From Phoronis australis (taxonomy: Eukaryota > Animalia > Phoronida): a stretch of 47,901 nucleotides of DNA. Positions 11,469 to 23,968 of this stretch are shown here, one piece after another. How positions within the stretch are numbered: the stretch's first letter is position 1; the number at the start of each line of letters is the position of its first letter. The stretch covers positions 1 through 47,901 of the forward strand of contig NMRA01000146.1 in assembly GCA_002633005.1 (NCBI GenBank). The letters run 5' to 3'. The translations under genes were made by a program, and so were the position numbers. The notes below the pieces were generated by a model. It saw only the letters and a program-made list of their open reading frames with translations, was not told the DNA's origin and made no database searches.

Positions 11469-12172
11469 ATGGCCCCGCGTTGGTTTGAATGCGCTAAATC
11501 TCCCCTTACTCCCAGCTTTCCTAATGTTGTTATCCATTTTTCACGAAGTTCTTGGTTTGCAGGGAACACATAAAAACTCAGATTTTTATCTCTTATTGTT
11601 TTTGAAGCAGCCAGGAACACAACAAGTGTATCCGCCGTAGGTTTTCTTCGCGCTCATACCGCGTATTATGTTTCTTACTATGGCCGCTTTCGGAATCCTG
11701 ACCACAGCACCCACAATGCACCATTTTAACCTAATTTCAATATGGCGTCGCTGCAAATCCGCTATTGCATGGTCAGCTTCTTTCGAGTAAGTGTCTGGGT
11801 ACTACAACTCCATTTGGCGATGACTGGCAAGACGACTTGTCAGAAGGGATCTGACAGTGTGAGTGTTCAATAGGCGCGGAATCTGAGTGAGACAAATTCG
11901 TTATTGGAATATTCCGACAACGAGAATCAAGGTGAGGAACACAGACACCATCGGCAGCGTCCAGATGAATAAATTTAGACTCATCCGCTGCTGATGAACG
12001 CAATGCTTCAGTCAACCTTGCTGATTTCCCACGAGTTTTGAAATAGTTAGCTTCAACATGTTTGACATCAAAGTGGAATGGGTGACCGCAGTGCGATATG
12101 ACAATCAAACATTCTGCATGGTAAAGCATCACTACTGCATAAGCAATTTTCAAAACCTATCCAGAGCCTCAC

Positions 12173-12341
12173 TTATTCAGCTTCTTTATGGCAACTTTCA
12201 ATCTTGCGAAATCTGGTCTCTCTGAAGGGTCTTCTGACCAACAGGTCTTGACGATATCGGCCAACTCCTCCGTACACTCGTCATCATCAATGGTCGGACG
12301 GAAATGCGGCAGTTGGCCATCTTTGACTTTTTGATAAATTT
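12173..12341 (-). CDS. receptor guanylyl cyclase (NPR1/NPR2-like), internal exon: C-terminal lobe of the kinase-homology domain
   Basis: Encodes (E)IYQKVKDGQLPHFRPTIDDDECTEELADIVKTCWSEDPSERPDFARLKVAIKKLN(K), with FRP and CWxEDPxERPxF motifs. Acceptor catctttcag|AA, donor AA|gtgagg, 169 bp, phase 1-2. Confidence 0.95.
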
Positions 12342-12540
12342 CTGAAAGATGCGGTTTAATCAACGTGAAAAATCCAAACTACTTAATAAACCTTGAACAG
12401 TACATGTAACACATTATGTTTAATAGAGAGCGTAAAGTTCTCCAGTTTTCGTTTCTTAAAAATACAGCCAAAACAAACACACTCGACTCGCAGTTTCTAG
12501 ACCACACCTAACTCAGTCACCCAATTAAAAACAAACGAAA

Positions 12541-12608
12541 ACACGCACGCACGCAAGCAAGCACGCACGCACACACACACACACAGATACACATACACAC
12601 GCACACAA
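12541..12608 (+). repeat. compound (CACG)n/(CA)n microsatellite
   Basis: Seen directly. Confidence 0.9.
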
Positions 12609-13276
12609 CTACGGGTTCAGTGACTTCTGATTTACATGTTTTAACATGTACATGTACATCACACGTCATAAAGTGTACTAGTTACCATCGGTTTCCCCAT
12701 TTTGCAAGTTTGCGTGGCTAGCTCTTTAGAATGAACCTGTGGCTGCAGGTGTTGGCGGGCGAGATACTTTTGCCAACGATTAAACTGTCACCCTCTCTTA
12801 TTCGACTTATCACAAGGTTTCGAAATGATTCTGTCACCGTTATTTAACTTAATCTTACCAATTCTTATTATTAAAAGCGTTTTATGTGCGAGTTGTTCAA
12901 GGCGAGTCAACAACGTGAGAAATCATGACTGGTCAATTTCATATGAGGTACTTATGGCAATTTAAAACATCTGTTTTTCGTCAGCATCTGGGTAAATTTG
13001 AAAAAAAAATGCAAGTTGATGCCGACGTGGTACGCCGAGGTCATCCTCGAGATACGTTCGACACTAGTTACATGTGAGTAAATATATTTCAACTTCACGA
13101 TTGTCTAAAGTTATGTTTCAAGCATTCAACAAATCTTCTTAAAACGCCATAGAAGCGTCATCGCAAACAGCTGCTCATCTACTCAACTTAAAAACAAGAA
13201 CGTCTAATGGGACACAAAACAGTTCACCCGAAAAACGCGTTTTCCAGAAAAAAAGAATTTCTTCAGCTACCGTCTC

Positions 13277-13555
13277 TCATTTTAATAAAAAGTACAAACA
13301 TTTTGTTGATATGCGGATGATTTTGTCCTCCAATGTGCTTTTGGTAGCCGGAACTCTCCGATTTTCATTAAAGTATTGGCAACATATCCACACAAAATAT
13401 GGTGGATCCCTGTGGCCATAAGACAGAACGAGGTCATGAGATGTATACCGGGCTACATCCTTGTAGAATCGGCATTGGTGAATCGCAAAGAATCCACACA
13501 GATTTCCATGTTGACGGCTGCACCTAGCACAACAAAAATCGCGCCCACCAGACAT
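13277..13555 (-). pseudogene. degenerate THAP-like ORF in a transposon remnant
   Basis: MSGGRDFCCARCS...CRFYKD...PPYFVWICCQYF gives a loose C2CH spacing and a hint of the HRFPKD motif. A weak AGCTCT(A/T)TAG inverted pair lies at about 12720 and 13828. Confidence 0.4.
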
Positions 13556-16500
13556 AACCCAGTACTTACAAGAATTTTATAGTTATTGCTACATATAAAC
13601 AGACGTTCGCGCCTGAGTACACAAATCCAAAGTAAACAATGACTGTACCAGATTGACTTGACCCGGTTCCGCCGTCAACTTGCTAAGTCATTTAATTGGT
13701 TCAGACCAATCAAAAGTCTTAGATGGTTGACCCGGCGGCACCGGAACACTGGATATAGTACATCCAAAGTCCCATCGACTGCACTCGCGCTATGTCTCAA
13801 GCGCACACGACGACAGTTACTATAGAGCTGCTGGGCATGCATGTTATGAAAGTGAAAGTATATAACTTGACAGCTATGATTCATTCTGGCTCATGATTGG
13901 TGCTGAGTAACTTAGCAACGACGGTTAGTCCCTGTCCACAAGAGTACCACATCACAATTTCCAAAACCAGACACCACGACATACACTGCGCGCCCCGTAG
14001 ATGGGTCGAAAATGTTCGACCGCTTCATAAAGTCTCGAACGCTTAATCCAAAAGAGTTTCTGATAAGTAAAAGTTAAATTGCCTTGAAATATATCACAAA
14101 TCGGAATATTTTATTAAAATTCACATGAATTATCCATAATGGCCTAAATATTGTCTCTAAGGTCGTAAACTGTTTTGAGTATTGGCACCAGGCAATTTAT
14201 GTCATCACTTGACTGTGTGTAATTTGACACACGGGGCTAATTGGGTGAAATGGTAAAATGGACATGTGAAACAGCGTTACGGTCCCTAAAATGTTCATTC
14301 ACATTAGTTATCTTTCTCGAAACCATTTTAAATGGAACGATGTTACAAAAACATTCGTTTAAAATGTAGAATACGCAACAGTGGGTCATTTCATTAAAAC
14401 AAAAAAAAATGAAAAAATCCTATTCGAGAGATTTTTTAAATTGGTTCACATATCCCAGACCTATCCAAAAACCGATAGACTTCTATCCATAGGCATAGCC
14501 GCAAGCGGGCATGAGTAACCCACAATTTCAACACTACAGAAAAGTGCTCACGAATTTACCTGCCCTGTCACGTGATGAATGCAGCGAAATCATTAATATC
14601 AAATCCATTTGGCATTCCTCATGTCTCACTTTATAAGCCCATTATGTGTTTTCTGTCATTGCATGCAATGCTTTTGATATTGGAAAACTGCTGTATTATG
14701 TATGCAAAAACGTGTCACTTTCTTCGTAAACCTTTGAAGACCTATAGGTAAAAAACTAAGAGGTCAGAGTTCAAATTTGGTGATTTTTGTATCAGAGCCA
14801 CACCATGATCACATACACAAAGTTTAAGTTGAATCTGGAAGATGACCCCTAGAGTGATTTTTTGATTTCTTTTGAATTTCTCGTGGAATGGCTCTAAAGA
14901 GTGAAGTACGGCTCACAGCAGGCAAAAATGCTCAGAGTTTGATAAACCCAATGTCACGGATTTGACCCACACTTTGTATTTTAGTTACCTTTGGGATGAT
15001 AACCAATTCAGTAAAGTCTAATCTCAGTTTACGTTGTTTAAGGGGGAGAAATCACGGAGCCTCTAGTTTGGGGGTAAACCATGCAATGGACTCACCAAAA
15101 ATGGCTTATTTGCGATGCATAATAAAACATTGCTGGTGCACAAGATAATTATTTGTTTGCAATTTTAAACGAAACAAGTCTTTGGCTTCATCAAAATGTT
15201 AAACAATACTCATTAACTCTGCTGCTAAGTTCAAAACTTCAGGCTTAAAGTATAGAGGGACCAGAGGTTAACAAAGCATTGCAATTTACCCACACTTTGA
15301 ACCCGGATATTTCAGTTTGTACAACACTGATCAACATTTAACTTTTACACACGTTTCTATCTTAGTGATGTTGATTGATACAATAAAATCGTCTAGCGCT
15401 GAGCACTTTCTTATAGGAATGCAAAGTTATTACAACCACCTCAGTGGAAATTACTTTCAATAACTATACCGGTTTGGAACGCTATAACACCAGTAAAGTG
15501 CAAAGTTTTGATTCAAAAATTGTTTTATAAATATTTAGTTTAATGCCATTAACTGAGGAGCACTCGTTTAAGTTTTTTTTCAATTTTCACTAAAATTCCG
15601 CGTTTTTCTTGAACCCAGTGTCCAACATGGCAAAATGGCTGACGATCCTGACTTCCAGTGTTAATATTGTGATGAAGTGTGTGGGACGTCAAAACAATAT
15701 CCTCTGCGCATGTGTGAAATATTGATGCTGCATAAAGTGAGAACGAAGTCACCAATGAATGACGACTGATTTTGGAGAGAGTCGGACAATTTACAAATGC
15801 GTGTTCACCGGACATGTCTGTGAATGTGTCCAAGAGCAAGGCAAGGGCGAGACACCGAGCTCATCATGAAATTAGATGGAAACCAAGTACTAGACTGTGC
15901 AAACATCCACTTCATTAGCCGTAGCTCGCGTGCCAAATCTGAAGTGGTTGAAATGTCTAAAGTCGACTTACTGCCACTGGAATAAAACAATGCGTGTGCT
16001 CTTTCCTGTTGAATATGGCGAGTACTGCTTTGTTTGAATCCGAAGTTATCACATGACGGTAAAATTTGGGCGATAATAGTCAGTTTACAGATACTTGATT
16101 TGAGAACCAATTAGTACCACTAGAAACAACGATATTATTCCGTGGGTATTACCCAAATTTGGCGGGCAACAATTGCCACGGTTTGGTGCGCCAGTGAGTA
16201 ATTTTGGGCAAATTCTCAAAGAAGTTAGGCACTCTATTGTTTCCCACCTTAACAGCCACTTCCTCNNNNNCCCCCCCCCCCCCCTTGGCACGGTGGTTAA
16301 ACCGAAAATCCGAAAATGCAATCCAACACACTACAGTGGAGGTAATTGGTTCTCCTTTCAGGAAATTCACAAACTGATTGACCATGCATATATTATAAAA
16401 ATGTAACAACAGTACTTGTTTTTGAACAGAGAAGAGAAAAAGTTTTTTTATTGTTTCCAAAGTAATCCAGTCAAACAGGCAAAAATAAATCAAGTACCCA

Positions 16501-17186
16501 CAGTGTTTTTCAGGGGTTGGAACTATTGTACTTAGGGTCGTTTTACATATTACGCGCGATGGGTCAAATGAATCATCTCAGTTATCTATGGATTACTCAG
16601 AGGCAGTCACACCTGTGTAGTGGCTGGGCTCTGAAAATTTCTGTTTCTCCGAAAGTGTTAGAAACTACCTGTTATTTTTTCAGAAAGTAGAGCAACAAAG
16701 CAGACCCGCAAGATATGCACAGGCAATGAAACACTATAAGCAGTTTACGGAGGAAGGCTGATTGACACCACAGCAGGATACAGGTCTCTTTTCACGCTTG
16801 GCTGCTTTGAACCGCGCTGGGAAATCGTCAAACTATGGAAGTAGTGAAGTTGACAATCACTGATGTCCAGGAATACTCCATATTTCAATCTGTTAGGTTG
16901 CCAAAGTGATTTAACAAGTTGTTATTGATGTGAAATTGTAGAAACTGAGGCAAAAGCAAAATGCAATGTAGCAACACTTTTTGCGATTTTTTCAGTAAAA
17001 TCAAGATATTTAGTCCGTGTTCTGGTCGAAACTCCGTTGCCCAATTTATTTAAAGACGCTGGTATTTAAGTTTTCATCTTTCAAATTCATATTACAATCA
17101 ACCTCACTTAAGTGAAACGCTAGGCCTTATCTGAGTGTTGACTTATGTACAAGCCAAAGGAAAGGTGGCGACTTCGGCAGACTGGC

Positions 17187-17760
17187 AAGTTACATGTACT
17201 GTATGTGATGATAAGTTGAGGGACGGGCCCTAGGCGAGTCATACTTGAACCAATTCACTGGCATCTAGATCAAAGAACACGTCTCGTTTTCCCATGCTAC
17301 TTTGTATCACTTAAGTGGATGACCAGTGTTAAACCAGAATGCAGTCACATTAAACATCATTTTTGGCTTTAATTCAGTCCAACATTGCTTTTAGAATGAC
17401 GAGTTGCGTGTACGGTATGTAATGATGAGTAGATGTGTCGAGGTCACCTGTACTATGAACGGTTAACATCAGGATCGTCATGCTTGAGCCAATTCACTGG
17501 CATTTAGATCAGTTAACATATTTAAATATCTCGTGCTACTTCGGATAAACTGAGTGATAAGTGTTAAACCAGATTGTAGTCGCAATAAATATCATTTTTT
17601 ACTTTAAAGAGGTCCAACATTGTATATACAGACTGGGGAGTTACGTGAACAGTATGGGATGAGGAGGTACATGTATGCGGGATCACCTGTATTTTGAACA
17701 ATTAACATAAGAGTGTCATATTTGAGCCAGTCCATTAGCACTTAGCTCAGTTACCAAATT
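17187..17760 (+). repeat. diverged tandem repeat, about 215-240-bp unit, about 2.5 copies
   Basis: GTCAT..TTGA.CCA.T.CA.T.GCA..TAG.TCA recurs at about 17237, 17477 and 17716, and GTGTTAAACCAGA.TG.AGTC recurs twice. Confidence 0.8.
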
Positions 17761-19229
17761 TAGATATTTCTGTTGTGATTTTGCCAGAAACAAATAGTAT
17801 CCGTGGAAACCAAAAGGAGGAATTTTGAAAAAAATAAAGGTGGTCTGGAGTCAGTGGGGCAAGTGTAATGACACAGAGAAAACATCAAAAGAATCTGTGA
17901 CATAGCGTTTATAGCCCTCTGCCTGGTCCATCTGAGAACATGTTCATAACGCAGCGCAGGTGAAGGCAAACTTTAATACTTCAAACTCAATTAATCACGT
18001 CTGTGGCTATTTGTGAACTCGAGTCGACACATGGTTATTTTGAGAGTTACTTGGAAAGCTAAATTGCTAAAACAAAAGACTCAACTCCATGACACGAACC
18101 AATTTGCAAGATGGTATAATATTGGGCGTTAACAGAATTTCACTGAACATTGCTAAGGTGTTCTGTCAATCGATAAGCTGCCATTACCCGAGTGACAGAT
18201 GTCACCGCGTCAGTTGTCATGGCGCGACTCACTCCACTTTAGTCGCATTTATACGACATAAGATCGCAAACTGGATCAGCATGGGTCACTTACACGAACA
18301 TTGTCTCCGCATGCTCGCATAAACAATAAGCGAACGTCCAAACCCAGTATAATGCCAACTGATCAACCCAATATACGCTATTGCGCAAGCGCATTGAAAT
18401 ATGATCCCTTTCCGCCCTGCCCCATGTGTTTAGACGTGTAGTTGAAGCACGAGCACTCATCCAGTGCACTTCCTATCAAACCGGTGTCAAAAACTGGCCG
18501 CCGCGGTGGCCCTTGCTGCGAGTTAGAACTGTTTGCACACACAGTTTTTCTCGATCAGCTATTCCGTGTCAGCTGACTCATGTGTAAATGCTGCTTTAAC
18601 TCCATAGACAGTCTAACGCGAACTTCTATGCAGTGCACTGCCGCTCAAATCTGCGGATTGAGTAATTGCGAATTATAGCCCAGCACATCCTGGTATACGC
18701 CACTTTAGCTTAAATAACCACCATGCAATTATACTTATCATCACGATCAAGCACAATTCTACCAATCTCAACTAATTATTTAGGTTATCGCGATAACATA
18801 ACGTGCATGGTCAGTTCATTTTTGATTTAAGGTATGTTTACCAGAACAAACTGGAATGTAACGGAATCGCCGATTCCTGAACGGTAGTTTTTGCACGAGC
18901 AGGCGTTGATTTTCTGACAGGACATTATGCACAGCGCTAAGACTCTTCTGTACATGTGGCGCTCTATCAAAGCATGTTCACTCGCCCTACTTCCAAACTG
19001 TCACACGAGATACAGGAAACTTTAAATAAATTTAGAGCATTTGGCAAAAAGGGACCACGTTCCCTCAGAACTGCACTGGATGGTACTCCCAGGCCCACAC
19101 CATCAACCCTTTTCCTTCAATTGCCCTTCGACTGTCCCCCTAGTCATCATTATCCTCTCCCGCAGGTATCAGTGATTCCTTCCTTTTACCTATGATAATT
19201 ATCGTATGAAGCTGAAGAAGGGCCCCCTT

Positions 19230-19520
19230 GTCGCTACTTTTTAGTCGGTGCCATGGCCCTAAACAATTCTTTCCTCAAGGTAGTCGCAAATTAGAAAAAG
19301 AATCCTCTGTGCTGTAACCGTCAGTGTAGCAGTAACTCAGCGACTTTTAAATGCTCATAAGCGGATGTTACCCCTTGCCATGAGGGTCTGTTTTCACACC
19401 CGGCCGTTGCACCCTTTGGCTTTGACAATGTACACCAATGACGACCTGGAAAACATCTTTCAACAATTCCATGTTAAATCCCCAATTTGTTCATGACAAC
19501 TTCCATACAATGTGAAGCCT
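19230..19520 (+). mobile_element. highly decayed CR1/L2-type LINE reverse-transcriptase fragment
   Basis: P*GSV...APFGF/TMYTNDDLENIFQQFHVKSQFVHDN resembles PQGSVLGPLLFxxYxxDL...YADD. Confidence 0.4.
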
Positions 19521-21656
19521 ACGTGAGAGTAATATAATACAATGTAAGAGCACTTTATGACCACTGACGTTGTTTCATGATCAATGTAGTTAGTTCTGAG
19601 CTGTGACGCAAAACTTTCGTCTAGAGCCGTTTACAATACAAAAGTTGACATGAAGACAGTGACACCAAGGGGTTTAATACACGACACGTACTAAACACAA
19701 GTTTACACAGAACGAGTTGTCACCGCGGTGATAGTTTTTTCACCTGAATTCAGGTTTAATTTAGTTACAAGTTTCTGGTATTTTAATACAACCAAATCGA
19801 ATTTCAGAACAAATTTTGTCAGCCGGCTAGCTGTATGAAGACTATCGTCAAAATAAAGCTAGGTACCACTGTGTGTTGAGCTCAGTTAGACCCCCAAATT
19901 TCACACAGCTGGGGTAGTTCTGATCGTCCACCTCGTCGTCAAACATGATCATAACGACTCGCAGGGAGTCGACCGACACTCTGCCCTTGCAGCTGTGTTA
20001 GGCGAAGCAATTCAACGTTTGATGTTTTCTGGCTTGTATTTATGTTAGGGAACATTCAGGGTAACGAAATTGTCCATTTTACATGGATATAGTTTTATTA
20101 AATAACGGATTTTGCATGATCAAACAATTCTTTGTTAGAAAAAATACGAAAACTTCCAACACTAAAAACTCAATATCACACAATATTCAAAATTTCAAAA
20201 CTTGAAAACGTAAATTTGATCACATGGAAACTTTATAGTTTTTATAACTTAAGTTTTCTATACACGAAAAACTTAAGAAGTCGGGAAATCTTAAGTTCTT
20301 ATAATTGGAAAACCTTAACTTTGTGGACTTTTCACTGAAAAACAAACGGAGGACTCTAAGAAACGGGAAAACGATGGTCTGGCTCGGACACTTGCAATAG
20401 GGTCTGAGCCCCCCCCCCACCCACAAACATACGCACACACCCACACACAAACTACAACTGCCCACGTTAAATCTCGTTGCAGCCGCATGATAATTACCAG
20501 GGTTAGTTAATGAACTCAACATTTCCTCACGCTCTTGCTGTTTTATTTTTGCGGCAGCCAAGGGGGCCCTGTCCACCTAAATCCGCCCGTGTATTACTTG
20601 TACTAGTACCTAATTCATCTTAGTGTGGCGAACTGGTAATTTGTACACTTTGAAACGACATGATCTCACAGTTGAGACAGTTGTATCATAGACTCTGTTG
20701 TGAAACAACACGCCGGCTGCAATGTATATAAGCGGAACTAGTTTTCAAAAGACGTTCGCATTATTAATTTTACCAATATTATTTTTACACCAATCGATGT
20801 ACCCATTTTATCCGGCCATGATGTTCGAAATCACAGATATTTTCTGTCAATAACAACCACACTTCCATCTGATTGGCCATCCATAACGAGAAGAATAACA
20901 AAAAATGTTCACACAGAAAAAACACAATGAGATATTGTAACCATTGCAAACAATAAAGTTTTCATTAATTTAAAATACATTTATTTCCAAATATCACCAT
21001 CACGAGTAAAATGGAAATGTCTAGCTGGTGTAAAGTTACTGTACCGTACTGGTACATGCACTTCACTTTAGCAAAACTTATATTTTTACCAACTCAATTC
21101 AGTTGGATCTAACATTTGCTGGCACGCAATTGTGTTACTAGTACATTTATATTGACAACACCCCGCTACAAAGTACATATGACAAAACTCAATGGTCGTA
21201 AACTCTATCTGCCCTGTCCTACCTACCCAGGCATTAATACACTGTAAGTATCAGAAGACCATAAACAAGACAGAATATAAAATTGATAATTTTCCTCAAG
21301 TAAGACAGTTGCATATTTAAATGCCTTGCCACGCTCCATAACATTTGTCCCATCTCTTGAAATCTACAGAAACAACCCATCTACCGTCCCAGTATAACAT
21401 TGTGGGGTTTAGTATTCTTGTGGTATCCCTTCCTTCGATCCTGCAATGTTCCCAATAACCTGGCTACATTTAACAAACCTTCGCATTGGTGTTCACTCTG
21501 TAAAAATGCCAAACTATTAGTCATGTAGTCACTTTTTGGGCTTCTTCGTTGCTAGAAAACTATAGATATCTTGGAGAAAATAAGGCCACTAAACCCTTAA
21601 AGACACATCGACTAAGAAGGAAAATCAGGTATAAGACCCCGAAAAATCGACTTTAA

Positions 21657-22833
21657 AGGCGAAGGCAACCCTTTTTCATGTCACTTTTAGCAAAAATAAG
21701 GTTCGTTGATTATCCCAGACACATGTTTCACTTAATTACAGTTCGGTCGTCGTTTGCTTTTGTTTACAAGACAGTCAACATGCCACGCTGTTGCTTCGTG
21801 CCGGGATGGACTCAGTATCGTCTTACACGCGCTTAGGGTACCTTGCGGCGTTTTCCGAAGGATGACACACTTCGCCGTCCTTTGCTAGCTCGTTTATGTG
21901 AAGAACGCAGCGCTACCCGTCCACGCATCGTACACAGCAGTGGAGGGTTACCGAGTGTATGGCAAGCATTTTCTGCAGTCAAATTATGACACAGATATGT
22001 ACGATGAATTGATGAAGGTACCTGCGAAACAACGCCTGAAGAAGGGTACCATACCGTCGCTGTTGATTCCCGGCAGTGCCCAGTCGCCAACCCCGAGAAG
22101 TGCATTTTTGAAGCGAGAAGCCTCGCGAGCTGTGGCCACTATATACACTGACTGAAGGCACTTCGTCTACTGTCACCCGTGCCTCCAAATGTGCCCCACT
22201 GCGTGCAATTCCGGGAACTAGCAGTGATTCACCCTGTGTTGTTGTCTCTAGCCCCGGTAGAGCCTGTTGAGCAGTGGGAGTGAATACAGGCCCAGTTCGA
22301 CACCCAGTGAAGAGGACAGTTCGTCATCCAATGAACAGATCGGTGAGCCTCACGTTTGATAAGTTTATTGTGGACTTGTATTGAGCTATTTGGAAGGTGC
22401 CAGGTGTGTGAAGAGGGAGTCACACGGCGGGATGTAAGCAGTTTGGGTGCTCAGATCACCCTCCAGTGGGAGTGTGTCGCGGGACACTCGGGCAAGTGGG
22501 ACAGTTCTTCCTCCGTACGTGAGACGATAATGAGTACACCCCACTACGCAGCAACAGCGACGTGGCATGTTGACTGACTAGTAAGCAAAAGCAAACGACG
22601 ACCGAACTTACCACAACCGAGGTAAAATAATGACTGACTCGACTGCTCTCACAGTCAGACTATATGAAAAGAAATTGGCGCGAAGTTCTTGCCTCCCAAA
22701 ACGTCACTTCCGGAGTAGACGACGAGAAATTAATTAAATTACGAAAAGCAGTAAATAAGTGAAAAATATGTCTGGGAAAATCAACGAACCTTATTTTTAA
22801 TAAAAATGACATGAAAAAAGGTTGCCTTCGCCT
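21657..22833 (+). mobile_element. Kolobok-type THAP element, 1177 bp, with two inverted 5' ends
   Basis: TTAA|AGGCGAAGGCAACC ... GGTTGCCTTCGCCT|TTAA, with long imperfect inverted arms. Frameshifted THAP (MPRCCFVPG...RRFPKDDTLRR...RVYGKHF...LKKGTIPSL) followed by CIELFGRCQVC...WECVAGHSGKWDS. Confidence 0.9.
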
Positions 22834-23842
22834 TTAATGGGTGTTCTAGGGACCAAATGAAGATGAACAAAATTATTTCTGCGATCAGATTCTCACCCAC
22901 AAAATCATCCTATTTCAGTTTCAAGTTTTAAGCCTCGAAACACCAAATAACTAAATCAATGATTTTGGGTCTAATACCAGAAGTCAAACTTTTATTTTTG
23001 GTGTTTTCTGCTATAAGTAAAGATAAGTTTTCAGACCCTTTATTTCTGTGCTCAAGTATCCAATGATTTTCTTGGATGATTTTCTAAAATTCTACTTTGC
23101 ACTTGATGATCCTAACATTAAAGCCATGAATTTTTACTTGAAATCCCGTGTTGTTACCAATATTAGTTCCTTGATACAACACAGTACACACGCATCTCGA
23201 TGAACCTGGTTCATCAACAAGATGGAGCACCACTCCGCTCAACGAAAACCACGTGCTTTCAACTCTAGTCATATTTATCTCATTGTGCTCATGCGTCACA
23301 ATAGACGATATAGGAGATACTCCAGAAATACTGAGCCCCGAATAAACGACCCTGCAAATCGTCACTGTGAAGGTGATCTCAAGGAGGATCAGCGCAACCC
23401 ACACTTCAACCGCATATACAAACATGACGGTAGGCCTACATAAATGCAGGTGTACCGGACTAGTAAAAAAGGGGCTACACCCAACGGTTTAAAATACACT
23501 GGGGCAGAAAGAAACACAAATACCGAGCTAATGATACTGGTATGCATCACACCGGAGTAACAAGAGTTCACTTACACCCAACGCTCGTACCGTGACCCCT
23601 GGACGCTACATTTTATATAGAACAACCTAACACAAGCACACTGCAGTCTAGTTTTTACCTACGTCACGTCATACAGTGTATCCGTTCACCGACGCAGCAT
23701 CGAAGATTTGATTTTGTGTGTGCGAAAATCAGCTAATTTGGCCAACACGTAGGTTTCCTAGACTTTATTACAATAAATGAAATTGAAAGCACCAATTATG
23801 GTTTCAGTTGCTTCGTTATTTGCTTACAACTTTCCCACTTTC

Positions 23843-23968
23843 ACACATTACACTTAGCCTTCGTCTTAAGTTGTCGGCTGATCGTAGCACTATCATCATA
23901 TACACATTGCACTTAGCCTTCGTCTTAAGCTGTAGGCTGATCGTAGCACTATCATCATATACACATTA
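23843..23968 (+). repeat. 59-bp tandem duplication
   Basis: ACACATT(A/G)CACTTAGCCTTCGTCTTAAG...TCATCATAT occurs twice, plus a partial third copy. Confidence 0.92.

Larger units (their letters stand above)
10626..11657 (-). pseudogene. THAP-domain protein relic, interrupted by an insertion
   Basis: From 11657: MSAKKTYGGYTCCVPGCFKNNKR/KNLSFYVFPANQELREKW/NNIRKAGSKGRFSAFKPTRGH. It resumes at 10943 with GHGVCSEHFPGGKKTYENNIPTEF. A DHSY (HCF-1-binding-type) motif follows downstream. Several frameshifts. Confidence 0.85.
10489..11763 (-). mobile_element. ISL2EU-like (Harbinger-related) element with split THAP gene
   Basis: Perfect 15-bp TIR AGCGGATTTGCAGCG / CGCTGCAAATCCGCT. AT dinucleotide on both sides within a palindromic caAT...ATtg target. 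THAP relic on the minus strand. Confidence 0.8.

Noticed and set aside
14985-15060. CCCAAAG|gtaac on the minus strand, resembling the expected phase-1 donor after ...PK
   Set aside because: There is an in-frame stop five codons upstream and no GDVYSF motif.
15042-16248. TTAA-bounded segment with GG...CC ends
   Set aside because: Inverted similarity is too weak to call, and it lies next to an N gap.
21250-21500. YHKNTKPHNVIL on the minus strand, resembling a kinase catalytic loop
   Set aside because: A single weak motif with a stop and no other subdomains.
23200-23345. HQQDGAP, resembling a Tc1/mariner catalytic motif
   Set aside because: Short, immediately followed by a stop, and no TIR/TA ends found.
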